A program made the translations under genes and the position numbers. The notes beneath the pieces are model-generated. The model worked only from the letters and a program-made list of their open reading frames with translations. It was not told the DNA's origin and searched no databases. Shown one piece after another: positions 27,265 to 38,042 of a stretch of 64,000 bases of DNA. The stretch is from Terrimicrobiaceae bacterium (GTDB lineage Bacteria > Verrucomicrobiota > Verrucomicrobiia > Chthoniobacterales > Terrimicrobiaceae): assembly GCA_041752695.1 (NCBI GenBank), contig JBGSVZ010000042.1, positions 1-64,000 on the forward strand, read 5' to 3'. How positions within the stretch are numbered: the first letter of the stretch is position 1; each line of letters starts with the position of its first letter.

Positions 27265-29628
27265 CTAGCGTTTCATCGCTTCCCGGAGCACGCCTTTGAG
27301 GTCGGCCTGTTTGACGGGTTTGCTCAGGTAGGAATCCATTCCCGCGCGGAGGCTCCGCTCGCGATGTTCAGGCAGGGCGTGGGCGGTCAGCGCGACAATG
27401 AAGGGAGCGTGGCCATTCTGCGCCAACCGGATGAGGCGGGTGGCCTCGTATCCATCCATCCCGGGCATTTCCAGATCCATGAAAATGACATCGTAGCGTT
27501 TGAGGGCGGCCATTTCGACGCCGTCGAAACCATTTTCCGCCTCGTCGGCCTCGTGTCCGAGTTTTTTCAAAAAGAGACGGACCAGACGCCGGTTGGTGGC
27601 GTTATCCTCGACCACCAGAATTTTCGGCAACAAGGCTCCCAGGTTCGCGCTCATGCGCTTTTTGTTCTCCTGGACGTAAAGATCATCCTTCTCCGGCTCC
27701 CGCAGCGGAAGCATGAGCGAAAACATCGAGCCCTCGTGGGCTTCGCTTTGGACGTCAATCGTTCCGCCCATCAGGGAGGCAAGGCGTTTGACAATGGCGA
27801 GCCCAAGACCGGTTCCGCCGAAGCGGCGGCGCGTGCTGTTGTCGGCCTGATAAAAGGGATCAAACAAGCCCGGATGACGTTCCAGCGCGATGCCGATCCC
27901 GGTATCGCGGACGCGGATTGCCACGGGCCAGACGCCATTGACCGGCAATCCACTTTGCGCGACCTCGACAATTACGCCTCCTTTTTCGGTGAATTTCACC
28001 GCGTTACTGATCAGATTGTGCAGCACCTGATTGATGCGGGCCGCGTCGCACAGCAACGTGTCCGGGATGTCGCCGGAGGAAACGACCTGGAGATCAATTC
28101 CCTTGCCGACGGCTTGGGGACGGAAAAAATCCCCCGCGCTTCGCACCATGCGCACGAGATCAACCGGACCCAGATGCAGATCCAGACGCCCGGATTCAAT
28201 CTTTGAATAGTCCAGCACGTCATTGAGAATGACCAGAAGGGCGCCGCTGTTTTCCTGAATCGTACGGACATAATCGGACTGTTCCTGCCCGAGCGGCATG
28301 GCACCGAGGAGTTCGGAGAAACCCAGAACGGCATTGAGCGGGGTGCGAATTTCGTGACTCATCATGGCCAGGAAATCGCCCTTGGCCTGACTCGCCCGCT
28401 CCGCGGCCTCCTTGGCCTCGATGAGCTGCATCTTGGTGACAACACGGTCGGTGACATCCACCACCGTACCCACCTGCCGGATCAGGTCCCCGTGAGCATC
28501 GACGACAGGCTTGCCGCGCAGCAAAACCCAAAGATATTCGCCCTCCCCCTGGATGTGTCGGAATTCCATCTGCTCCACCTCGTCCTTGGATCGGACCAGC
28601 TTCAACGCGGCGACGGTCTCGACATCCTCGGGATGCACCTTGGTCAGCCACTCTCCAAAAGTTTTGGGGAAATCCTTTTCTTCGAACCCGAAAAGCTGGC
28701 CCCACTCCGGGGACAAATACAGTGTCTGGTCCACCAGATCGATTTCCCAGACCGCCGCGCGGGTCGCCTCCAGCGCACTATGCAGACGCTCCTCACCCCG
28801 CAGGAGCGCCTCGGAAGTCTGTTTCGCCGCGGTAACGTCCGACATGAACCCATGCCAGATGGTGGAGCCGTCGCGCTGGTGCTTGGGCAGGGAGTTGGAG
28901 AGCACCCAGCGCACTTCGCCGGTCCGCGTGTGCAGCCGGAATTCCTGCCGGCAATGGCTTTGCTCCCGGCGGGAACGGGCAACATTGGCCAGAAACCCCG
29001 GCAGATCCTCCGGGAGAATCCGGCCGAGCAAATTCACCTGGCCGTCGATGATCTCCTGCGCCTCGTCCCCCGTGAGCAACCGGACGCCATCGCTAATATA
29101 CGGAAAAGCGGACCGCCCTTCCGCATCCACCCGAAAGCGATAAACCGCCCCGGGGAGCTGGCTGTTGACCGTGTTGAGAAAATCCAGCGCTCTTTGCAGC
29201 TCGAGTTTTGTGCTCTCGCGATCGGTGATGTCTTCGGAGACGGCGAGCAGCGCGACCGGCATGCCGTCTGGATCGTAGATCGGCGTTTTGGTCGTGCGCA
29301 ATTTTCGCACGCCCAACGTGCGGCTCATAATGGTCTCCCGCGCGATCATCTGCGCCTGCCCGGCATGCAGAATTCCCCGGTCAGTTTTTTGAAAGAAATC
29401 CGCCTGTTCGGCCGGGAAAAGGTCGACATCGGTCCTGCCGATGGCCTCTCCCGCGGTGATGCCGAGAAGAACCTCCGCCTCGCGGTTCCAGATCAAAAAC
29501 TCGCCGAAGGTTTCCTCGCGCAGGCTTTTGACAACGATCTGGGAGGGAATGGCATCGAAGATCTCGGTGAGGAGACCAAAATTCTCATCACTGAGCGGGA
29601 GATACTTCAGGATGTCTTCGGGAAACAT
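27265..29628 (-). CDS. multi-PAS hybrid sensor histidine kinase
   Basis: 3 PAS/PAC domains; MSHEIRTPLN H-box; N, G1 and G2 boxes; receiver FMDLEMP. Confidence 0.95.
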   Translation of the reverse strand: MFPEDILKYLPLSDENFGLLTEIFDAIPSQIVVKSLREETFGEFLIWNREAEVLLGITAGEAIGRTDVDLFPAEQADFFQKTDRGILHAGQAQMIARETIMSRTLGVRKLRTTKTPIYDPDGMPVALLAVSEDITDRESTKLELQRALDFLNTVNSQLPGAVYRFRVDAEGRSAFPYISDGVRLLTGDEAQEIIDGQVNLLGRILPEDLPGFLANVARSRREQSHCRQEFRLHTRTGEVRWVLSNSLPKHQRDGSTIWHGFMSDVTAAKQTSEALLRGEERLHSALEATRAAVWEIDLVDQTLYLSPEWGQLFGFEEKDFPKTFGEWLTKVHPEDVETVAALKLVRSKDEVEQMEFRHIQGEGEYLWVLLRGKPVVDAHGDLIRQVGTVVDVTDRVVTKMQLIEAKEAAERASQAKGDFLAMMSHEIRTPLNAVLGFSELLGAMPLGQEQSDYVRTIQENSGALLVILNDVLDYSKIESGRLDLHLGPVDLVRMVRSAGDFFRPQAVGKGIDLQVVSSGDIPDTLLCDAARINQVLHNLISNAVKFTEKGGVIVEVAQSGLPVNGVWPVAIRVRDTGIGIALERHPGLFDPFYQADNSTRRRFGGTGLGLAIVKRLASLMGGTIDVQSEAHEGSMFSLMLPLREPEKDDLYVQENKKRMSANLGALLPKILVVEDNATNRRLVRLFLKKLGHEADEAENGFDGVEMAALKRYDVIFMDLEMPGMDGYEATRLIRLAQNGHAPFIVALTAHALPEHRERSLRAGMDSYLSKPVKQADLKGVLREAMKR

Positions 29629-29680
29629 GCGGGTTGGAACTATCCCGCAATGGGGCAAAATTGCCACATTTTCCGCGTTT

Positions 29681-30733
29681 TCATGCCACCGGTTGCTGTT
29701 GGGTGAGGCAATGGAAGGCCCCCAGCCCCCAAATCAACTCCCGGCAGTCGATGGGGACAATCTTACGCGTCGGGAACACTTCTTTCAGCACCGCAAGCGC
29801 CCAGGCGTCGTTGGTGTCGTGATAGGCCGGCATCAACACCACGGAGTTGCCGATGTAGAAATTGGCGTAACTGGCAGGCAATCGCTGGCCTTCCCGCGCA
29901 ATGCGCGAGGGCATGGGGAGCTTCAGGACGTGAAGCGGAGAGTCGTTGAGCAGCTTCATCTCTAGGAGCCGGTGCAGATTGGCCTGGAGCGGCTCAAAAT
30001 TCGGATCGTCCTCGTCCTCCTCCACCACGGTCACCACGGTGTCCTCGGATACAAACCGGGTAATGTCGTCCACGTGTCCATCCGTGTCATCACCCTCGAT
30101 GCCATCGCCGAGCCAGAGAATCTGCTCCACGCCGAGGTAGTCGCGCAGTTGCTGTTCGATCTGCGGCCGGCCGAGATGAGAATTGCGGTTGGGATTGAGC
30201 AGGCATGACTCCGTGGTGATTACGGTGCCCTTGCCATTCACTTCAATGGACCCACCTTCGAGAATGAAATCCCCGTTATCAAAAACCGGGATCTCCAGTT
30301 TTTCGCCGATGAGCGTGGCGGCGGCATCGTCGTTCTCGAATGGCGAAAGTTTGTATCCCCAGGCGTTGAACCCAAAATCCACCGCGGCCAGTTTCGGGCT
30401 TTGTTTGCGGGTGAGGAAGATCGGCCCATGGTCGCGGCACCAGGGTTCGTCGGTGAGCACGTGAAAACATTCCACCCGTTCGGGCGGTGCGTCCTTGAGC
30501 AGAGCGCGAACGATTTTTTCCTGCGCCACATCCTTCACATTGATACGCAGGATTTCGGACTCGGCGATCGCCGTGGCCATTTTCACGAAGGCTGGGAGGG
30601 CGCGTTCATAAGCACCCGCGCCGGGGAAACTCGAACCGTCCGAGTGGGGCCAGGAGATCCACGTGGCCTCGTGCGGTTCCCATTCGGCGGGCATGGCGTA
30701 ACCTTGTTTTGCTGGGGTACTCTTGGACGTCAC
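29681..30733 (-). CDS. aguA: agmatine deiminase family protein
   Basis: MPAEWEPH, WCRDHGP, LEGGSIE, DTDGHVD and FHCLTQQ motifs. Confidence 0.92.
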   Translation of the reverse strand: MTSKSTPAKQGYAMPAEWEPHEATWISWPHSDGSSFPGAGAYERALPAFVKMATAIAESEILRINVKDVAQEKIVRALLKDAPPERVECFHVLTDEPWCRDHGPIFLTRKQSPKLAAVDFGFNAWGYKLSPFENDDAAATLIGEKLEIPVFDNGDFILEGGSIEVNGKGTVITTESCLLNPNRNSHLGRPQIEQQLRDYLGVEQILWLGDGIEGDDTDGHVDDITRFVSEDTVVTVVEEDEDDPNFEPLQANLHRLLEMKLLNDSPLHVLKLPMPSRIAREGQRLPASYANFYIGNSVVLMPAYHDTNDAWALAVLKEVFPTRKIVPIDCRELIWGLGAFHCLTQQQPVA

Positions 30734-30938
30734 ACCTCCACCATCCGCGTTACCTCCGGGGGAAAACAAGTGGAATTTTGCAACGTTTCTCCGACAGCGA
30801 CGGTGCGCTCGAATGAGCAGCCGCCGCCGGCGACGGATGGTTCCCGAGGAAAGGATTGCCATTCCTGCGCCCCGGGCGGGAATGATGTTTCTCGCTCTTG
30901 GCCTTGCAGCGCGGCGGAATTCATCCGAGAAAGGAGGG

Positions 30939-32816
30939 ATGCACGAAGAACTCCAACAAGCTGTTGATGCTGGAAAACTCTCCACCCAGGCCGCCGAGGC
31001 CCTCGAACGGCTCACTCCCGGGGCCTTCTGTCTCCACAAAAGCTGGGGATTCGGCCAGGTGTCGGAGTGGAGCCTCCTCACCGGCCAGTTGATCATTAAT
31101 TTCCAGACGAAGAAGGGTCATCCCATGCAGGCCCAGTACGCCGGCGAGGCTCTCACCGCCATCCCGAACGAGCACATCCTCGCCCGCAAAGCCACCGATC
31201 CTGCCGCGGTCAAGGCGGCCGCCCTTGCCGACCCCGTGGCCCTCACCCGCGATATTCTCCGCGACCACGGCGGACGGGCCACCGCCGATCAAATCGCCGG
31301 AGCCCTCACGCCGGAAATTTTCGACACAGCGGGCTTTAAAAAATGGTGGGACTCGGCCAAGAAAAAACTCAAGACCGACGGCCATTTTCAGCTTCCCACG
31401 AAAAAAACCGAGCCCTTCGTGCTCCTCGATGCCCCCACCGATCCCGGCAAGGGGCTCATCGAAAAATTCCGCGGCGCGCGGCATTTGAAGGATCAGGTCG
31501 CCGCCCTCGACCAGATCACCAAGGCCCTGGGAGATTTCGCCCACGAAGTCGAGGAACTCCAGTCGCTCGCCGCCCAGATTGAGGACGCCGCCACCAAGGG
31601 GCGCAAGTTGCAATCGGCCCAGGCCATCGAACTCCTCATCGCTCGCGACGAGATTCTCGCCCGCCATGACGCCCTCAAACCCGGCGAAAATGCGCCTGGC
31701 GTCGCCGACATTCTGCGCGGGGAACAATCCCGTCTGCCCGAACTCTTCGCCTCCATCCCGGCCTCCAAACAACGCCGCGCGCTGGAACAATTCCAGACCG
31801 CCTTCGGGGACCGCTGGCTTGATGTCATCTTTCGCCTCGCCCAGCAATCGCCTGCCCGCCTGGTGGTGGAAATTTCCCGCCTCCTGGAAAAGGAAGGTCT
31901 CAAGGAGGAAATGCGCTCCGCCCTCGCCCGCTGGATTAGCGAACGCTCCGCTTCCTCCGAAATCCTTATCTGGCTCTGCAAAGAACGCGGCGCGGGCTTC
32001 CCGGAACTCTTCGACTCCAATTTGCTCAACACCGTCTTCAGCGCCCTCGAGCGCGATCAGCTCGACGAAAAACGCGGCACCCGCCTCAAGGATCTGCTTT
32101 TCGAGGACCGGGAACTCATTGCAGAGCTCCTGGAAACCGCGGAACACGATGTCGTCCGCGACACGCTGCGCCGCCTGCTCATGACCCCCGTCTTTGAAGA
32201 TCTGAGCAAACGCTCGCTCATCGCGCGCATTGTGAAGGTTTATCCGGAGATGCAGTCGATGATCACCGGCGGCGACAACGCCGAAAAACAGGAAACGCTC
32301 ACGGTGTCCTGGGCCAGCCTCGAAAAGCGCAAAGAGGAATACGAGGACCTGATCACCCGCCAGATCCCGGAGAACATCCGGGACATCGCCATCGCGAAGG
32401 AAGAAGGCGACTTGCGGGAAAACTTCGGTTTTAAAGCCGCCAAGGAGCAACAGCGCGTGCTGGCGCGCCGCCGCGCGGAATCCGAGCGCGATCTGGGCAT
32501 CGCCCGCGGAACGAACTTCGAGAACCCCGACACGACCCAAGTCTCCATTGGCACCGTCATCACCATCCGGGACGCGGCGGGCGCGGAGGAAAACTACAGC
32601 ATTCTGGGTGCCTGGGACAGCGCTCCGGAACTCGGCGTCGTCTCCTACAAAGCCGCCATTGGCCAGGCCACGCTTGGCAAGAAGGTCGGCGAGACCGTAG
32701 AGCTCCCCAGTGAGTTCGGACGGCGCACGGTCACCATCACCCGCATCGAGCCGTACACCGACCTCGAAGCCCTGCGCGAGAAGGTTCACCACCTCGCCGC
32801 GCCCGTCGGCGCATAG
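30939..32816 (+). CDS. greA: long-form GreA/GreB transcription elongation factor
   Basis: C-terminal GDLRENFGF Gre domain preceded by ~450-aa extension; SD AAGGAGG. Confidence 0.85.
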   Translation: MHEELQQAVDAGKLSTQAAEALERLTPGAFCLHKSWGFGQVSEWSLLTGQLIINFQTKKGHPMQAQYAGEALTAIPNEHILARKATDPAAVKAAALADPVALTRDILRDHGGRATADQIAGALTPEIFDTAGFKKWWDSAKKKLKTDGHFQLPTKKTEPFVLLDAPTDPGKGLIEKFRGARHLKDQVAALDQITKALGDFAHEVEELQSLAAQIEDAATKGRKLQSAQAIELLIARDEILARHDALKPGENAPGVADILRGEQSRLPELFASIPASKQRRALEQFQTAFGDRWLDVIFRLAQQSPARLVVEISRLLEKEGLKEEMRSALARWISERSASSEILIWLCKERGAGFPELFDSNLLNTVFSALERDQLDEKRGTRLKDLLFEDRELIAELLETAEHDVVRDTLRRLLMTPVFEDLSKRSLIARIVKVYPEMQSMITGGDNAEKQETLTVSWASLEKRKEEYEDLITRQIPENIRDIAIAKEEGDLRENFGFKAAKEQQRVLARRRAESERDLGIARGTNFENPDTTQVSIGTVITIRDAAGAEENYSILGAWDSAPELGVVSYKAAIGQATLGKKVGETVELPSEFGRRTVTITRIEPYTDLEALREKVHHLAAPVGA

Positions 32817-32833
32817 GTCGGATTGGCCTCATG

Positions 32834-32864
32834 GGAAAAGCAGGCGGGCCACGCCTGCTTTTCC
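32834..32864. terminator. hairpin terminator (possibly bidirectional)
   Basis: GGAAAAGCAGGCG-N5-CGCCTGCTTTTCC perfect 13-bp stem. Confidence 0.75.
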
Positions 32865-32903
32865 ATTTTGCGTTTTCCCGGATTCGAGGCTAGCCTCTCC
32901 CGC

Positions 32904-33338
32904 ATGAAAATTCTTCCTGTCGCCGCTGCGCTCCTTCTTTCCCTGGTATCCCTCATGGCCAAACCCGGCTGGAGCGAAGACTACGCCGCCAGCCTCGCCA
33001 AAGCCAAGACGGAGGGCAAAATGGTTCTCCTGGATTTCACCGGTTCGGACTGGTGCGGATGGTGCATCAAAATTGACGACGAGATCTTCTCCAAACCCGC
33101 CTTCAAGGCCTACGCCAAGGAGAACCTCGAACTGGTGGAACTCGATTTTCCCCGCGGCAAGTCCCTTCCCGCGAAAGTGAAGGCTCAGAACGATAAACTC
33201 ATGCAGGAATACGGTATCGAGGGATTTCCCACCATCATCGTTCTGAACTCCAAGGGTAAAAAAATCGGCGAACTGGGCTACATGGAAGGCGGCCCGGAGG
33301 CTTTCATTGCCGAGCTGAAAAAGCTGAAAAATAATTAA
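32904..33338 (+). CDS. secreted thioredoxin-family protein
   Basis: Signal peptide; FTGSDWCGWC and GFPT motifs. Confidence 0.9.
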   Translation: MKILPVAAALLLSLVSLMAKPGWSEDYAASLAKAKTEGKMVLLDFTGSDWCGWCIKIDDEIFSKPAFKAYAKENLELVELDFPRGKSLPAKVKAQNDKLMQEYGIEGFPTIIVLNSKGKKIGELGYMEGGPEAFIAELKKLKNN

Positions 33339-33430
33339 CCAGCGGTTTTCCCCCGCTGACCCACCGGATTTCCTCCGGAGGTTCGCGGATTGACAATCCG
33401 TCCATCGGGGCAGTTTGATGCCCCGTTCTT

Positions 33431-34198
33431 ATGAGTTCCCACGAACCGCCTTCCGCCGCCCAACCCCTGCGTCTTCTCATCAACGGCGCAAAGGGACGTA
33501 TGGGGCAGGCATTGATCAGCTGCGCCACCGCCGACCCAGCCCTCCTCGTTTCGGCCGCGATTGACGCCGGCGACGACTTTGCGGGGGCTCTGGCTGGATG
33601 TGATGCCGTGATTGATTTCACCCACGCGGACACCACCGCGCGAGTCGCCGAAGCTTGCGGGCAGGCCGAAAAGATCCTCGTCATCGGCACAACCGGACAG
33701 GACAACCCCGCTCGCGCCGTCGTCACGGAATGGTCCCGTCAGATTCCGATCGTTTTCGCGCCGAACTACAGCGTCGGCGTGAACACCCTCTTCTGGCTCA
33801 CGCAAAAAGCCGCGGAGATCCTTGGGCCGGACTTCGACCTTGAAGTCGTGGAAATGCACCACCGCCTGAAAAAAGACGCCCCCAGCGGCACGGCCCGCCG
33901 TCTGGCCGAGATCCTGGCGGATGTGCGCCAGCTGCAATATGACTCCGATGTGCGCCACGGGCGGGAGGGAATGGTGGGCGAACGCACCACTACCGAAATT
34001 GGCATGCACGCCATCCGCGGCGGGGACGTGGTGGGCGACCACACGGTCATTTACGCAAACGTGGGCGAACGCGTGGAATTGACCCACAAGGCTTCCAGCC
34101 GCGACACCTTCGCCACCGGGGCCCTCCGTGCCGCCAAATGGGCGACCGGGCGTCCTCCCGGGCTCTACGACATGCAGGATGTCCTGGGTCTGAAGTAG
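33431..34198 (+). CDS. dapB: 4-hydroxy-tetrahydrodipicolinate reductase
   Basis: GAKGRMG, GTTG and EMHHRLKKDAPSGTA motifs. Confidence 0.96.
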   Translation: MSSHEPPSAAQPLRLLINGAKGRMGQALISCATADPALLVSAAIDAGDDFAGALAGCDAVIDFTHADTTARVAEACGQAEKILVIGTTGQDNPARAVVTEWSRQIPIVFAPNYSVGVNTLFWLTQKAAEILGPDFDLEVVEMHHRLKKDAPSGTARRLAEILADVRQLQYDSDVRHGREGMVGERTTTEIGMHAIRGGDVVGDHTVIYANVGERVELTHKASSRDTFATGALRAAKWATGRPPGLYDMQDVLGLK

Positions 34199-34239
34199 CT
34201 TTTCCTTGCTTCACCCGCCACCCGCGCCACGCTCCATCC

Positions 34240-34749
34240 ATGACCATGAAGGCGGGCATCGCACTCGGTTCCAACCTGGAACCCCGTCTCCTGAACCTCC
34301 AGGCCGCGCGCCGCAAGGTCTTCGCGCTCCATCATTCCCCCGCTCCGGTGATCTGCTCGAAGGTCTATGAAACGTCGCCCGTGGACTGTCCCGAGGGTTC
34401 GCAGCCGTTCCTCAATGCGGTTCTTGAAATTACCACGGACCTCTCCCCTCCAGCTCTGCTGCACCGCCTGCAAGAGTTTGAAACCGAACTCGGGCGGCCC
34501 CTCGAACATGCCCGAAATGCTCCCAGGACGGTTGACCTCGACCTCCTTTACTGCGACAATTTGACCCTTGAGACGCCCAACCTTATCCTGCCGCATCCGC
34601 GAATTACGGAACGCCTGTTTGTCCTGAAACCCCTCTGTGACATCCGGCCGGATTTGATTCTGCCTCATTTGACCCAGACCGTGGTGGAGCTTCTACAGAC
34701 ATGGGATTCCCCCGGTTCTGCGAAGATCTATTGTCATACAATTTACTGA
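34240..34749 (+). CDS. folK: 6-hydroxymethyl-7,8-dihydropterin pyrophosphokinase
   Basis: IALGSN, FLNAV, PRTVDLDLL and LPHPR motifs. Confidence 0.93.
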   Translation: MTMKAGIALGSNLEPRLLNLQAARRKVFALHHSPAPVICSKVYETSPVDCPEGSQPFLNAVLEITTDLSPPALLHRLQEFETELGRPLEHARNAPRTVDLDLLYCDNLTLETPNLILPHPRITERLFVLKPLCDIRPDLILPHLTQTVVELLQTWDSPGSAKIYCHTIY

Positions 34750-34790
34750 TGGCCAGTGATTTATCTTTTGTTTTTACCAATATTTTTTAA

Positions 34791-35561
34791 GTGAATCTTC
34801 CTCTCGAATCGTTCCGCACCTTGAAGCAGCGAAAGCACCAGTTTGCCTCGCTGACGGCTTACGACTACCCGATGGGTCGGCTATTGGACGGGCTGGATCT
34901 GGACTTCATTCTGGTGGGCGATTCCCTCGGGATGGTCGTGCTTGGGCATCCGGACACCACCCAAGTAACGTTGGACAATATGGCACACCACACCCGGGCG
35001 GTGGCAAATGGAGCGAGCCAGACGCTGATTGTAGCGGACCTTCCGGCACACACCGCAGATACACCGGAGGCCGCGGTGCGGAATGCCTGTGTGTTGCGCG
35101 AGGCCGGGGCAGGCGCCGTCAAACTGGAAGGGGGCACCGAGATGCTGCCTTCGATCCAGGCGATCCTGGCCGAGGGCATTCCGGTGCTTGGCCACATAGG
35201 GATGCTGCCTCAGAGGGTCCGGGAGGAAGGCGGGTATCGCATCAAAGGCAAAACCCCCCAGCAAGCCGACCAACTCACCGAGGATGCACGGGCTTTGGAT
35301 GATGCCGGGGTTTTCGCCATGGTTCTCGAGCTGGTCTCCCCTGCCCTCGCGGAAACCATTTCCCGCGACGTAAAAAGCCCGACCATCGGCATCGGCAGCG
35401 GCCAGGGCTGTGATGGTCAGATTTTGGTCACTTACGATCTGCTCGGAATGTTTCCCTGGTTTAAGCCGCGTTTCGTCACTCCCAAGGTCAATCTCGCCGA
35501 GCAGATCCAATCCGCCGTCTCGGAGTTTGTCCGGGAGACCCGTGCCGCGAAAGCGGACTGA
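34791..35561 (+). CDS. panB: 3-methyl-2-oxobutanoate hydroxymethyltransferase
   Basis: LTAYD, LVGDSLGM, VKLEGG and IGIGSG..CDGQ motifs. Confidence 0.96.
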   Translation: MNLPLESFRTLKQRKHQFASLTAYDYPMGRLLDGLDLDFILVGDSLGMVVLGHPDTTQVTLDNMAHHTRAVANGASQTLIVADLPAHTADTPEAAVRNACVLREAGAGAVKLEGGTEMLPSIQAILAEGIPVLGHIGMLPQRVREEGGYRIKGKTPQQADQLTEDARALDDAGVFAMVLELVSPALAETISRDVKSPTIGIGSGQGCDGQILVTYDLLGMFPWFKPRFVTPKVNLAEQIQSAVSEFVRETRAAKAD

Positions 35562-35604
35562 GCCGTTTACGCCGCCGCCGAAATCTGCTACGCCGTCTCT
35601 CCGC

Positions 35605-35994
35605 ATGAAATCGTTTTTTCTTTTTCTCTGCCTTTTGCCGCTGGTTTCCTTCGCTGAACTCCCACCGTCGGCCTACGAAAGCATGCAGGCCAAGGCGCCG
35701 GAACTGCTGAAAATCGAAGTCCTCCGTGTGGACGTCTCCCCGGGGGAAACGGCCGCCGATCAGGTCGTGCACGTGGTTGCCATGGTCACGGAGGTCGTTC
35801 GCACCGCCTCCGACCTCAAACCGGACGAGATCATCAACATTTATTACACCATCACGGAGCGCCCCAAGGGGTGGGTCGGGCCGGGAGCCATCCCGCTGCT
35901 GCAAGATAAACAGCAAACCGTCGCTTACCTCTCCAAGGGAGAAACCGGCGACTTCAAGCCCGAAGCGGGCCGGATGAGCTTCAGCAATTTTTAG
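35605..35994 (+). CDS. secreted hypothetical protein
   Basis: Signal peptide MKSFFLFLCLLPLVSFA; beta-rich mature part. Confidence 0.7.
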   Translation: MKSFFLFLCLLPLVSFAELPPSAYESMQAKAPELLKIEVLRVDVSPGETAADQVVHVVAMVTEVVRTASDLKPDEIINIYYTITERPKGWVGPGAIPLLQDKQQTVAYLSKGETGDFKPEAGRMSFSNF

Positions 35995-36015
35995 CCCCCC
36001 ACCGGGCACATTCTC

Positions 36016-36924
36016 GTGAAGTCCCTCGAAAGCCGGGCGCAAGAGGGTCGGAAGCTCATCCTGACGGGCGTTGCCGCCAACATCGTCCTCGCGCTGGCGA
36101 AAATCCTCGGGGGCATCTTTGGCCGGTCCAACGCGCTGATTGCCGACGGCATCGAGTCCTCCCTCGATGTCCTCAGTTCGGGCATGATGTGGCTGGCGGT
36201 GAAATACGCCGGACGTCCGCCAGACCGCGACCACCCTTACGGCCATGGGAAGATGGAGTCGCTCGCTGCGGTGGCGGGATCGCTCATCCTGATTCTGGCC
36301 GGCGTCGCTCTGGGGATTCACAGCGTGAAGGAGATCATTCTCCTCAGTCAAAAATCCCACGCTACAGATGTCCCGGCTCTCTTCACCCTGATCATTCTCG
36401 CAGTGACCATTGTGACCAAGGAACTGCTTTTCCGCTGGTTTCACCGGCGGGGCGGCGAGATTGGGAGCCGAGCTGTGCAGGCCGACGCCCTGCACCACCG
36501 TTCCGACGCCATCACGTCGCTGGCGGCTCTCTTGGGCATCACGGCGGCGCTGGTCGGCGGTCCCGCCTGGGCCCAAGCGGACGACTGGGCGGCATTGTTT
36601 TCCTGCGGAATCATCGTGTACAACGGCCTGGCCATGTTGCGCGGAGCCATGGGCGACATTCTCGACGAGCAGGAGTCCTCCGATATTACGGAAAAAATCC
36701 TCGCGCTAGTCCTTGAGGTGCCGGGCGTAACCAGCGTCGAAAAGTGCCGCGTGCGCAAAAGCGGCCTCGCCCGCCTCGCCGATCTTCACGTCCGGGTCGC
36801 GGGAGATCGCACCGTCCGCGAAGGTCACGCCATCGCTCACCTCGTCAAAGACACCTTGCTCGAAGTCTCCGCCCTCCAGCTGGGCGATGTGACGGTCCAC
36901 ATCGAACCTGAGAAGCAGGCCTGA
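36016..36924 (+). CDS. cation diffusion facilitator transporter
   Basis: ALIADGIES, HPYGHGKME, HHRSD and VHIEP motifs. Confidence 0.93.
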   Translation: MKSLESRAQEGRKLILTGVAANIVLALAKILGGIFGRSNALIADGIESSLDVLSSGMMWLAVKYAGRPPDRDHPYGHGKMESLAAVAGSLILILAGVALGIHSVKEIILLSQKSHATDVPALFTLIILAVTIVTKELLFRWFHRRGGEIGSRAVQADALHHRSDAITSLAALLGITAALVGGPAWAQADDWAALFSCGIIVYNGLAMLRGAMGDILDEQESSDITEKILALVLEVPGVTSVEKCRVRKSGLARLADLHVRVAGDRTVREGHAIAHLVKDTLLEVSALQLGDVTVHIEPEKQA

Positions 36925-36927
36925 GCC

Positions 36928-38028
36928 CTATCGCACCACTTTGCGGTGGATCCAGACGCTTTGCAGGATCCCCATGCAGAAAAGCGTGATCATCAAAAAC
37001 GATCCGCCGTAGCTGATAAATGGCAGCGGCAGCCCAGTGATGGGCGTCACAGAAATGGTCATGCCGATGTTCATGAACGTGTGGGTGAAGAGCAACAGGA
37101 CAATCCCGACGGACAGCAACCTCCCCAAGTCATCATCCGACTCGAGCGCCACGTAGAGCATCACCGCAAAAAAGAGGGCGAAGGCCCCGATGAGAATTAC
37201 GCCCCCCACGAAACCGTGCTGTTCGCCCAGAACGGAGAAAATGAAGTCATTGTGAACGATGGTGGACGGCAGGAATCCCAGCTCGTTCTGGGTGTTCGGG
37301 GCCTTAAACCCCTTGCCATTCATCCCGCCGGAACCGATGGCGATCAGGGACTGATTAATGTTCCAACCGTCCCCCTGCGGATCATTTTCCGGATTCAGAA
37401 AGGTCGTGATGCGTCGATACTGGTATTCCTTCAGGCCAAAATACACCACCAGCGGCAGCATGGCCAACGCCACGATGAGCATGGATATCAGCCAGCGTTT
37501 CGGCACTCCGCCGATGAACATCATGGCGAGAACCACCGGTACCCAGACAATGCAGGATCCCAGATCGGGTTGGATCAGGATCATCACCCAGGGCGCGCCC
37601 ACGATGGCGGCGCAGGCCAGAATGCGCAGGAAGGGCATGGTTTTTTTCGAAGCCTCCAGATAAACCGCAATCGTCATTACCCCCGCCACAATGGCCAATT
37701 GCGAGGGCTGAAAATTCATCACGCCAAGGTCGAGCCAGCTCCGGGCGCCAAAGCGTTTTTCGCCCACCACCATCACCGCGACGAGCGCGAGGATACTGAT
37801 GACATAAAGCGGCACCGCCCCGATGCGAATCCAGCGGTAGTCCACCAGCGAAACGATAAAATACAGCGGCAGGCAAAGGAGGAGCCAGATCGACTGCGAC
37901 GTCCAGAAGCTGTTCGTGCGCATCCAGGTCGCGCTGTAGATCGCGTAGATCCCAAACACGAGAAATCCGACCATCAGCAGGAACAACAGCCAGTTCATGC
38001 CGAGAAATTTTCGGAGCAGGGAATGCAT
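36928..38028 (-). CDS. rodA: SEDS protein, rod shape-determining RodA
   Basis: GARSW, FQPSQ, QPDLG, YQYRRI, AIGSGG and LPFISYGGS motifs. Confidence 0.9.
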   Translation of the reverse strand: MHSLLRKFLGMNWLLFLLMVGFLVFGIYAIYSATWMRTNSFWTSQSIWLLLCLPLYFIVSLVDYRWIRIGAVPLYVISILALVAVMVVGEKRFGARSWLDLGVMNFQPSQLAIVAGVMTIAVYLEASKKTMPFLRILACAAIVGAPWVMILIQPDLGSCIVWVPVVLAMMFIGGVPKRWLISMLIVALAMLPLVVYFGLKEYQYRRITTFLNPENDPQGDGWNINQSLIAIGSGGMNGKGFKAPNTQNELGFLPSTIVHNDFIFSVLGEQHGFVGGVILIGAFALFFAVMLYVALESDDDLGRLLSVGIVLLLFTHTFMNIGMTISVTPITGLPLPFISYGGSFLMITLFCMGILQSVWIHRKVVR

Positions 38029-38042
38029 AAACCGCGAATTAC

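Noticed and set aside
30921..32792. 623-aa minus-strand ORF
   Set aside because: Shadow of greA
30939..32816. Very long GreA as a novelty
   Set aside because: N-terminally extended GreA is already known in Chlamydiae and related lineages
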